Positions 10,649 to 18,938 of a stretch of 26,424 nt of DNA are shown in pieces. A program made the translations under genes and the position numbers. The notes beneath the pieces were generated by a model, which saw only the letters and a list, made by a program, of their open reading frames with translations, searched no databases and was not told the DNA's origin. Position 1 is the first letter of the stretch. Every line of letters starts with the position of its first letter. Source of the DNA: Promethearchaeota archaeon (lineage in GTDB: Archaea > Asgardarchaeota > Lokiarchaeia > Sigyniarchaeales > SOKP01); assembly GCA_048940925.1 (NCBI GenBank), contig JBHLOC010000056.1, positions 1 through 26,424 of the forward strand, in the 5' to 3' direction.

Positions 10649-12139
10649 TTATAATTTTATAATTAGCCCATTTTTACTTTCTAATTCCTTCAAGAAGGGA
10701 GGTAATCGTTCAAATTTATTAAAATTTAAATCTAAAACTTTTAATGATGATAAAGTAGTAATAGAATAAGGAAGAGTTCCAAGTCTATTACCCCATAAGT
10801 TTAATTCTTCTAAAGCTGATAAACTTCCGATCCATTCTGGAAGAGAAGTGAAGTTGTTCCAGCTAAGGTTTAAATATTTAAGCGACTTTAGAAAAATAAA
10901 AGAGGAGGGAAGTGTTTTTAGGTGGTTATTTCTTAAATTTAATTTTTGTAAAGTAGTAACCGAACCAAGTGATTGAGGTAATTCTTCAATACTATTATCA
11001 TATAATTCTAATTCTTTTAATTGATTTAAGGAACCAATCCATTTTGGAATTTTCTTTAACTTATTTCCACTTATGCCTAATTTTTCTAATGATGTTAGAG
11101 ATTTTATACTAGATGGAAACTCTAGCAGGTTGTTCCATCCTAATTCTAGTTCTCTAATTGAGTTATATAATTTAAGATCGATTGATTTTAATTTATTTCC
11201 ATGGAGGTCTAAAACCTTAAGTTTTTGGAGAGATTTTAATGATTCAGGGATTTTTGCCAATAAATTGTTTCTTAGATTTAGTACTTCAAGTGAATATAAA
11301 TTACCGACAGACTTAGGAAGGGATCTTAATCTATTAGATTTCAAATTTAATATTTTTAAGGTCTTTAATTTTTTAATTGAATGGGTAAGATTAATTAAAT
11401 TATTATAACTTAAATCTAAGGATATAATTGAATCTGATTCATTTGAGATTTCTGACAATTTTATTAAATGATTAAATCTTAAATCAAAAAATCTAAGATG
11501 TTTAAGTGAGAATATTAAATCAAGCAAATTTGGCAAAGAAATACCCTGAGGATCTACATTAGACAAATCTAATTTTGTAATGCAACCCGAATCATCTAAT
11601 TCATATTTTATATAACCAAACTTAATTTTTAGAAATGAGATGAGGTAATAATTCAATAAAATATCTGCAAGATCTTGAATATAAAAATCCTCTAATTTCC
11701 TCGTTTTAAGAATTTCTTTAAAATCATATTTAGATTCTTTTTTGCTAAGTTTTTTGATCTTTTCAACTAAAATTGACTTAGATTCGTAAGTGTCTATCTC
11801 ACTTATAACAGAAATGGCAGTTACGATGCATTTTAAAGATTTTTCATGTTCAAGTAGCCAAGAGATTGGAGCTAACGCTTTACCTAAATAATGATTTTTT
11901 AAAACTTTACAAGTTAATATCTTAATTTCTTTATTCAAATCTGAGATTAAAATATGTTCTAAAAATTTGAAATTAACATCATCCATAAATGGAAGTTTAT
12001 CAAAAATTCTAATGCTTTCTAATCGCGTCTCAATATTTTCTGTGTTTTCTATTAATGTTTTTAATAATTCAATTGCAAAAGTCTTATCGAGTTCATTATT
12101 AATATAATCTTCATAAATTGCGTTAGGAGTTAAAGGCAT
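10649..12139 (-). CDS. Leucine-rich repeat protein with N-terminal HEAT-like domain (about 13 LRRs), paralog of 5880..7238
   Basis: Same N-terminus pattern (MPLTPNAIYEDYINNELDK vs MELSPEKIYQEYIKNNLDK) and 23-aa LRRs. Confidence 0.9.
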   Translation of the reverse strand: MPLTPNAIYEDYINNELDKTFAIELLKTLIENTENIETRLESIRIFDKLPFMDDVNFKFLEHILISDLNKEIKILTCKVLKNHYLGKALAPISWLLEHEKSLKCIVTAISVISEIDTYESKSILVEKIKKLSKKESKYDFKEILKTRKLEDFYIQDLADILLNYYLISFLKIKFGYIKYELDDSGCITKLDLSNVDPQGISLPNLLDLIFSLKHLRFFDLRFNHLIKLSEISNESDSIISLDLSYNNLINLTHSIKKLKTLKILNLKSNRLRSLPKSVGNLYSLEVLNLRNNLLAKIPESLKSLQKLKVLDLHGNKLKSIDLKLYNSIRELELGWNNLLEFPSSIKSLTSLEKLGISGNKLKKIPKWIGSLNQLKELELYDNSIEELPQSLGSVTTLQKLNLRNNHLKTLPSSFIFLKSLKYLNLSWNNFTSLPEWIGSLSALEELNLWGNRLGTLPYSITTLSSLKVLDLNFNKFERLPPFLKELESKNGLIIKL

Positions 12140-12164
12140 ACTTTTTTTTATTTTTATTTTTATT

Positions 12165-13733
12165 CTAAATCTTTTCTAATACCATTCCACCTAATGTTAT
12201 AGGACCTCCTGATGCGTTATATATTTTTTCTGCTTTTTTCAATTTTGATTGATTTTGAGAATAAACTCGAAAAATAAGATCTCCTTCCTTTATTCTTGCA
12301 CCCTGCTTTTTTATGATTTCAACTCCAGAGTTTTTTGAATTAGGACACCCTACTGCTTTCGCAATTTGATTTATTATTGAATTTTTCACTTCTACAATAT
12401 AACCTTCTTTAGTTGCGAAAAATTCTTTGATATAAGGACCTATTATAATATCATCTGGTTTAATATCAGGATTTCCTCCTTGAATTTCAATAATTTTTTT
12501 CATTTTTTCATATGCTTTTCCACTTCTTAATATTTCTTTCGCTAAGTTCTGACCATTTCCTTTTTGAGCTTTACCACCCATTTCTAATAGCATCCCTGCT
12601 AAATCAGTAGATTTTTCAATTAACGAATTTGGACCTGCAGAATAATCCATTAATAACGTTAAAGCTTCTTTAGCTTCTAGAGCAGGTCCAATTGCATGAC
12701 CAATCGGTTGATGGGCTAATGTTAAAGCACATTCTGCTTCGATTCCTACATTAGCAGCAATTTCTTTAAATAAATAAGCAAATTGTTTACCCTTATCTGG
12801 TGTTGGAAATTTGGTTCCACCACCAACAGGTATATCAAGAACTAGTTTTTTTACCCCCAGAGAAAGCTTTTTAGTTAGAATTGATGGAATCATAAGACCT
12901 ACAGGATCCATATGTAAGGGACGTTCAATTTCAATTAAAACATTATCTGCTGGAGCTGTTTCAAGAGCTCCCCCCCAGATTATACACGATTTTTCTTTAT
13001 GTATAATATCATTTAATTCTTCTGGAGTAAATGCTACAGGAGCTAAAACTTCCATAGAATCTGCTGTTCCTGATGGGGATGTGATTGCTCGAGTTGAAGA
13101 TTTAGGTATTGTTAATCCTGCTGCTGCAACAATTGGGACAATGATCAGGGAGACTTTATTTCCTGGAACGCCACCTTTTAACAAAATTTACTAGATGTAA
13201 ATTTTTGTGCTATGTTTATCGTAAACATCCATTCCGAAATAAAAAATCTCTCCACTCCTAGTTTCTGATAAAGTTAGAGCTGTCATCTCCTCATTATCCA
13301 TTCCATTGATTGAGACACCTGTAATAAAGGCTGCTAGATCTATGCGAGATAACGATCCAGAAACAGCATCACTGATTATACTGGAAATCTCTTCACTAGT
13401 TATTTTTAATCCTTTTATCTTTTTTTGGATATATTTAAAAGAATCAGGAGGATCTGCTGGTTTTACAGAAACCACTGTTTTTTCATCTAAATCCTTCTTT
13501 TCTCTTAGAATGTCTAAGAAGATTCCTATTTCGCCAGATTGTACTATAGAATTTGAATAATCTATTTGTATAATTGCTATCCAGTATTTTTCTTCAAAAG
13601 ATTTTGATTTTAAATTTTTAATATATAAGCGTTCTCCCGCTTTTTGTCCTAGTTCCTGAGCATCTTTAATGTTTAATACCACATCTTTAGTGTTTCCTGT
13701 CTCAAAATTAATACTTTTTACTTTTAGCTTCAT
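12165..13733 (-). CDS. deoA: AMP phosphorylase (archaeal thymidine-phosphorylase family), interrupted by a candidate 30-nt intron; exons 13733..13207 and 13176..12165, 512 aa spliced
   Basis: The 5' ORF carries the AMPase N-terminal domain and ends ...DKHST. The 3' ORF continues GGVPGNK...PKSSTRAITSPSGTAD...APAD...LVLDIPVG. The two are in the same frame, separated by 30 nt containing TAG TAA. Confidence 0.9.
13177..13206 (-). other. Candidate archaeal bulge-helix-bulge mRNA intron (30 nt)
   Basis: mRNA reads UAGC-AC^A-AAAAUUUAC-AUCUA-GUAAAUUUU-GUUA-AA^A-GGU: a 4-bp helix UAGC/GUUA, two 3-nt bulges and a 9-bp intron stem. Cutting after the 2nd bulge nucleotide restores CAU AGC ACA GGU GGC (HSTGG). 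Confidence 0.8.
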
Positions 13734-13930
13734 AATTATTATCTGTTTTTATGATATATACAGATATAAAACAAAAATAATTAATAATTTTGTTGTATCG
13801 TTCATAATTCTTTTTCTGATATTTTTGAAATTTCATTTAAAATCATTCTCACCAATTTCTAAAAAGAAAATTAAAATAAATTAACTAATATTTAGATAAA
13901 AATAAAAAAGTAAATTTTAAGTCAAGTAAT

Positions 13931-15070
13931 ATGAATAAGTTTGAAAAAGCACAAGAAAAATTAAAAACGTTAAATGGAGATGGTTGGTTAATAATATGTA
14001 ACGAAGATAGTGATATTCATTCTCGATTCTTATTGGGGGTTGCTTCTCACGCAAGACATTATATTTATGTTGCTGCAAATGGTCAGCATAAGGTGCTTTC
14101 CGTTGAAATGGAAGCTGCTATGATTAAAAAATCTCTTGAAAAAAAAGGTGTGGATGCTCAAGTGATTTCTTATACTACAATCGAGGATTTAGTTACAAAA
14201 TTAAAGCCAATAATTAGTAAACCTAGAATTGCTCTAAATTTTGGAGAAAATGTTCTTACAGAAGATGGAACCGCTTATGCTGATCAAATAAAAACAGGTG
14301 ACTTCTTCTCTGTAAAAGCTTTAGTGCCAAATACAGAATTTATTTCAGCGGCACCTATTATAGAAGAACTGAGGCGTGTAAAATCTCAGGAGGAATTAGA
14401 CGATTTACGCAATGTATGTAAAGCTACTTTAGAAATATTAGAAACTATTCCAGATTGGGTCCAAATCGGTATGACTGAGATGGAGATTAAAGCGAAATTA
14501 GAGTATGAGTATATGAAAATAGGAAAACCATCGTTTGAGGCAATAGTAGCATCAGGAGCTAATTCTGCTGATCCACATCATAATACCTCATCTAAAAAAA
14601 TAGAATCAGGTGTTTTATTGATTGACACAGGACTTCAAATTGATCAGATGTGTTCTGATATAACTTGGACATTTTGGGTTAAAAAAAATCCGCCTGATGA
14701 ATTTTTGCAAGCATATCAGATTCTATATGAATCAAAACAGGTAGCAAATAAATATTATATTGGTGATACACCAAATTACTTACCTGCAAAAATGTGTAGG
14801 GAGTTTTTAGCTGAGAAAGGTTATGACCATGAAAGATTGTTCTTTCATGGATTAGGACACTCTTTAGGCTTTGAAGCCCACGATATTGGTGCTAGAATAA
14901 GTTGGAAGTCATCAAAAGAAAATAAATTGAAGGAAAATATGGTTTATACAAATGAACCAGGTTTGTATTGGCCTAGTAAATGGGGAATCAGACAGGAAGA
15001 TGATGTGATTATTGGAAAACAAAAATGTGAGCAAGTCACGTATAATTATAAAGATCCAATTATAATTTAA
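13931..15070 (+). CDS. Xaa-Pro aminopeptidase / prolidase (peptidase M24)
   Basis: ADPHH, IDTG, SDITWT, HGLGHSLG, NEPG, RQEDD metal-binding motifs; creatinase-like N-terminal domain. Confidence 0.92.
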   Translation: MNKFEKAQEKLKTLNGDGWLIICNEDSDIHSRFLLGVASHARHYIYVAANGQHKVLSVEMEAAMIKKSLEKKGVDAQVISYTTIEDLVTKLKPIISKPRIALNFGENVLTEDGTAYADQIKTGDFFSVKALVPNTEFISAAPIIEELRRVKSQEELDDLRNVCKATLEILETIPDWVQIGMTEMEIKAKLEYEYMKIGKPSFEAIVASGANSADPHHNTSSKKIESGVLLIDTGLQIDQMCSDITWTFWVKKNPPDEFLQAYQILYESKQVANKYYIGDTPNYLPAKMCREFLAEKGYDHERLFFHGLGHSLGFEAHDIGARISWKSSKENKLKENMVYTNEPGLYWPSKWGIRQEDDVIIGKQKCEQVTYNYKDPIII

Positions 15071-15128
15071 TTAATATCAAATTTCACCCATATTTTTCTT
15101 TTAAATAAAGATAATTTGAAAAAAGATT

Positions 15129-16427
15129 TTAGAGTTTTATTGAAAGGGGGAATTCCTTAATATCTTCAATAATATTTTGATCAGGATCATTAAATTTTGT
15201 ATTAATCTTAATAATGTAATCTCCTGCTTCAATAGGTTTAATGTTTATTTCCCATCTTATATTTTCATTGGTTCTTAATGAATATATTTGTTTTTCTAAT
15301 GTACCTCTCATAACTTTGATTTGTTCTGGAAACTCTACATTTATATTTAAATTAAGAGCTTCTCCTTCACTTTTATTTTCTAGGAGAATTTCTAGAGGAA
15401 ATGTCGTATCAATGAGAGGTGTTCGTAAAGTATCAACTGAAATTTCAAGTGAAGGCGGTGGAGATATTAAATTTGGTTTTAATACTTGAGAAATTTCATG
15501 ATAAAATATTAAATTTCCATTTAATTTGGCGTGCAACAACATTGGTCCTATAAATGGATTTTCCATTTGGAAATGAGGTTTAATAAAAAGATCAGTTATG
15601 TGAATCTTTCCTAATTTTATTGTAATTGGAAGGTCTGAGGGTTTTTGTGAAGTTAAATTATCAGAAAGAGTAATACTTATCCTTGATATTTCTAAATCTT
15701 CTATTGTATAATCATAGAAATTATTATTAGAAATTTTTATTAGAGGGTTTGTGTCAATTTCTAAAATTATTTTTATAGTATCATTAGTAGTGTATATATC
15801 TTTGTCAAAATTCAATCTAGTTATTAATGAAATATTGGATTTAGCTAAAACTAATACATGTTTAGCCAATTTAATTTCACCTTCTTTAAATTTAAGGTTA
15901 TCGAAATCGTTTTCAATTCTTTCTAAATGTTTAACGCTTTTTTCTTTTATTGCAAGGGTTAAATTTGTGATAAAATGAACCAATGGATTTTCTTTAAAAT
16001 ATGTGCTATCAATATCACTTCTATATTTCTTAACTACATTGAGACCATCTTCTTGCTTTCCTTCAAGAAATAAGCACATGTAGGATAAACTTGAAAATAA
16101 TATGTAATTGTAATTTCTATCTGAAACATTTCTTAAGCTTGGAATATATTCTAGACTTTTTCTAAAAATTTGATAAGCTTCCGGGAAATCAGAATCTAGG
16201 AGTGCGGCATTTCCAGCATTTCTTAAAAATCCAACACTTACTTGATATTTCTCTTCATTATTAGAACATATGGCAGCATTAAAAAAACAATCTCTTGCGA
16301 GGGTATAATTACCTAAATTTAGATAAGAATCACCAGCAGAACTGTAAACTTTAGCTGCTCTTTTATATTGCATTGCTTTATTTAGTTTGTCAGCTTTTAA
16401 TAATAATTTTTTGGCGTCTTTGCCCAT
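15129..16427 (-). CDS. TPR / alpha-SNAP-like helical domain fused to two probable Ig-like beta-sandwich domains
   Basis: N-terminal YKRAAKVYSSAGDSYLNLGNYTLARDCFFNAA helical repeats; beta-rich C-terminus (LEILLENKSEGEALNLNINVEFP...WEINIKPIEAGDYIIKINTKF). Confidence 0.6.
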   Translation of the reverse strand: MGKDAKKLLLKADKLNKAMQYKRAAKVYSSAGDSYLNLGNYTLARDCFFNAAICSNNEEKYQVSVGFLRNAGNAALLDSDFPEAYQIFRKSLEYIPSLRNVSDRNYNYILFSSLSYMCLFLEGKQEDGLNVVKKYRSDIDSTYFKENPLVHFITNLTLAIKEKSVKHLERIENDFDNLKFKEGEIKLAKHVLVLAKSNISLITRLNFDKDIYTTNDTIKIILEIDTNPLIKISNNNFYDYTIEDLEISRISITLSDNLTSQKPSDLPITIKLGKIHITDLFIKPHFQMENPFIGPMLLHAKLNGNLIFYHEISQVLKPNLISPPPSLEISVDTLRTPLIDTTFPLEILLENKSEGEALNLNINVEFPEQIKVMRGTLEKQIYSLRTNENIRWEINIKPIEAGDYIIKINTKFNDPDQNIIEDIKEFPLSIKL

Positions 16428-16871
16428 TTCAAACTCACTTAGATAAATAATATTACTTCTATTAATTTATTTTAAAATTAAAAATTAAGCAAATAATTAT
16501 CTTAAGAGTTTTTTATTGAAAAAAGAAAAAAAGAATTAGCTTTTTAAATAGGATCAACTAATTAGATCAATATTTACAATAATCTTCTCTTTTATTTTTC
16601 TTGAGTATTAAAATATTAATAAATGGATGAAAAAGCAACCAAAGCTCAAATAATTTTCAAAATTTTAAGGAATGCTAAGTTTTTAAAAAATATTATTTAG
16701 ATTCACTGAGTTTAGTTTAACAGTTGAGGGGATTCATTTTAACAATAATGACTTTTAAAATTGAAAATGTTATGAAATTCAATAAGATTTAAATAATCTG
16801 TGAATAAAATGAACTTAGCAACGAATTTTCCAATAAACTATATTAATAATAAAAAAATTGAGTTGAAAATT

Positions 16872-17360
16872 ATGGTAGATTTTAAGAAAGACATTTGGTT
16901 ATATGTTTTAATTGCTGCTGTCTTAGCAATCATATCGATTTTCACTCCAGTAGGAACTATTGAAGGAGGCTCTTTTCAGGGACAAGATCTTCCAGACTTC
17001 ACCCTTTGGTGGACTACAGTTATATTTTATAGTAAAGATTTAGATCCAAACTGGTTAGGTTATGGAGCTGCAAGTCTTTGGACTTTAGGAATAACTTGTA
17101 TGTCAATTGCAGGACTCTTATTTTATGGAATCCATAATATGAAAGGTATGGAATTTAAATGGGCTTGGTTATTTTATGCACTAATCGGAATTGCACTGAT
17201 TGTATTCCCAATCTTAATGATGGTATTCGATTCAAAAGGTATATTCGGTGATGTGACTGTTAGTTTCGCACCTATTGGGATTCTCATCTCAGGTTGTATA
17301 TCTATAGTCGCATTTGTGCTTGATAAATTCGGAGATAAAATCTTTGGACGCGGCGCGTAA
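16872..17360 (+). CDS. Multi-pass membrane protein of unknown function (paralog 1)
   Basis: About four hydrophobic segments. Start moved from 16800 to the ATG at 16872 by alignment to the paralog (MVDFKKD); ends KFGDKIFGRGA. Confidence 0.8.
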   Translation: MVDFKKDIWLYVLIAAVLAIISIFTPVGTIEGGSFQGQDLPDFTLWWTTVIFYSKDLDPNWLGYGAASLWTLGITCMSIAGLLFYGIHNMKGMEFKWAWLFYALIGIALIVFPILMMVFDSKGIFGDVTVSFAPIGILISGCISIVAFVLDKFGDKIFGRGA

Positions 17361-17430
17361 ACTTAAAATAAGTATTAATTATAAAATATTAAATTTTTTT
17401 TTATTGTTATTATTATTTTTTAATTTAGAT

Positions 17431-17490
17431 ACCGAAACCAGTACTTAATGATTTTTCGTTTTGTGCCTAAAATTTATTCATAAGATTATA
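17431..17490 (-). repeat. Degenerate duplicate of the vhuD SECIS region
   Basis: Ungapped 43/60 identity (manual count) to 18392..18451; the AUGA core and the stem are disrupted. Confidence 0.65.
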
Positions 17491-17858
17491 AATAAAACCG
17501 CAATTAGAGAAATTACCTTTGAGGATGTAGCTTCTTCTTTGAAAATTTCAACCATAAAAATTCTCTTTTTTAAGTTATTTAAAAAAATTGAATTTATGTT
17601 TTGATGCAAATTTAGATTAGAATAAAACTAGATTACTGAGTTTAAAAGATTCTAGATGCTTATTATCAATTTAATAATTTTGTTTGGATCCCTTTTCTGA
17701 AAAAGTAATCAGAATTTCCATAAAAAAATTAAATTTTAAATAAAAAGGTATTTAAATTTGAAGTTGAAAAAAATTTAAATAATTTGAGAATTAAGTGAGA
17801 TTAACACTTAATTTATGAAAATTTTTAGATCTGAAAAAAAAATATGAGTTGAATAAAT

Positions 17859-18323
17859 ATGGTAGATTTTAAAAAAGATACTTGGTTGTATGCCCTAATA
17901 TCCGGAATATTAGGAATTATCTCAGTTTTTACTCCAGCGTTCAGTGGAGCAACGGCAATGTCAGATGAAACAGTGAGTTATTGGTTAGGCGGAATTGTTG
18001 GTTATATGAGCGGTGAAGATGGGGGATGGGGGGGTTTCTATGGAGGAACTCTTTGGTATTTAGGAATAACATTAGTTTCGATAACATTACTTTTAACATA
18101 TGCTATTAATATTTGGAGAGGAAAAGAATTTAAATGGGATTGGTTAATTTATTTACTCTCTGGTTTAGGAATGTTCGTTTTTTCAATTTTGTTCTGGGTA
18201 TATTTTAATACAGATCTCACAATTGGTTTTGCATCCATAGGTATCTTCATTTCTGGCATTATAGCAATTATAGCATTTGTTTTCGAAAAATTTGGAGATA
18301 AAATCTTTGGACGCGGAGAATAA
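17859..18323 (+). CDS. Multi-pass membrane protein of unknown function (paralog 2)
   Basis: MVDFKKDTWLY...SVFTP...EFKWDWL...KFGDKIFGRGE aligns with 16872..17360; upstream and downstream DNA is also similar. Confidence 0.8.
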   Translation: MVDFKKDTWLYALISGILGIISVFTPAFSGATAMSDETVSYWLGGIVGYMSGEDGGWGGFYGGTLWYLGITLVSITLLLTYAINIWRGKEFKWDWLIYLLSGLGMFVFSILFWVYFNTDLTIGFASIGIFISGIIAIIAFVFEKFGDKIFGRGE

Positions 18324-18356
18324 ATGTAAAAAGGAGTATTAATTAAATTATTTATA

Positions 18357-18371
18357 TTTTTTTTTTTTTTT
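18357..18371 (+). terminator. Oligo-T tract, probable archaeal terminator of paralog 2
   Basis: Run of about 15 T some 35 nt after the stop; an analogous T-run at about 17393-17402 follows paralog 1. Confidence 0.5.
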
Positions 18372-18391
18372 CCTATCATATAATTTTAATT

Positions 18392-18460
18392 ACCGAAACC
18401 ATTACAGTATGGTTTGTCATCTTATAACTAGTATTTTTTCATAAGATTCATTCATTCGGT
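18392..18460 (-). promoter_or_regulatory. Eukaryote-like SECIS element in the 3' UTR of hdrA-vhuD
   Basis: ACCG-AAUGA-AUGAA-UCUUAUGA-[AAAAAUACUAG]-UUAUAAGA-UGAC-AAACCAU-ACUGUA-AUGGUUU-CGGU: AUGA/GA kink-turn core, 8-9 bp stem and A-rich apical loop. Starts immediately after the vhuD stop. Confidence 0.8.
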
Positions 18461-18925
18461 TTATTTTCCTTCTTCAGATTTTTTTTCTTTTTTCTTAGAA
18501 GAACTTGAATTTTTTAATGGATTATTGCCTAAATTTTGAATTATTTCAGTAATCCGAGTAGCTTCATTCTGAAATTTTTGTCCCTCAGCAGCACTACAAT
18601 GAAACATTTGTATTCTCTCAGGGGATATTCCTACTGATTTTAATATTTCTTTTGTATACGCAACATTACGTTCAGCTACTAAATTTCCAGTTTCATAATC
18701 ACATTCACCCCGGTATCAAGCTCCAATTGCTACTCCATCCGCTCCTTTTCCTATCGCACGCATCATTAGGCTAGGAGTAACTCTTCCAGTGCAATTAATC
18801 CTTATTGGTCTTAACGTGGCTGGATATTGAGCACGAATGGTTCCTGCCATATCTCCTGCTCCATATCCTCATTTCCAACATAAAAATGCTAATATTTTAA
18901 TATCATTATCTAAAACCTCAGTCAT
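18461..18925 (-). CDS. vhuD: Selenocysteine-containing MvhD/VhuD (hydrogenase delta, 2Fe-2S subunit), 154 aa, Sec19 and Sec70
   Basis: Manual translation MTEVLDNDIKILAFLCWKUGYGAGDMAG...IRINCTGRV...GADGVAIGAUYRGECDYETGN...GISPERI...CSAAEG...EEGK*. UGA at 18869-18871 and 18716-18718 sit at conserved Cys positions; RBS GAGGTGA at 18931-18937. Missing from the ORF track. Confidence 0.92.
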
Positions 18926-18938
18926 TTTTGTCACCTCT

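Noticed and set aside
13176-13205. Translational bypassing (AAA to AAA hop) or stop read-through over the insert
   Set aside because: No stop follows the take-off codon directly, a hop would leave an extra Lys in the motif, and read-through would need tandem UAG UAA plus 10 extra residues.
12165-13733. AMP phosphorylase as a pseudogene or a true two-subunit split enzyme
   Set aside because: The break falls inside DKHS-TGG, both halves are otherwise intact and in frame, and the insert has exact BHB geometry. The downstream TTG start would cut the active site. Not formally excluded without RNA data.
16800-16871. N-terminal extension of the first membrane paralog in the ORF track
   Set aside because: The paralog starts at the equivalent MVDFKKD, and the extension corresponds to shared upstream non-coding DNA.
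17500-17560. Possible decayed vhuD 3' end next to the fossil SECIS (IFKEEAT vs KFQNEAT)
   Set aside because: The match is too short and the spacing to the SECIS copy does not agree; could be chance.
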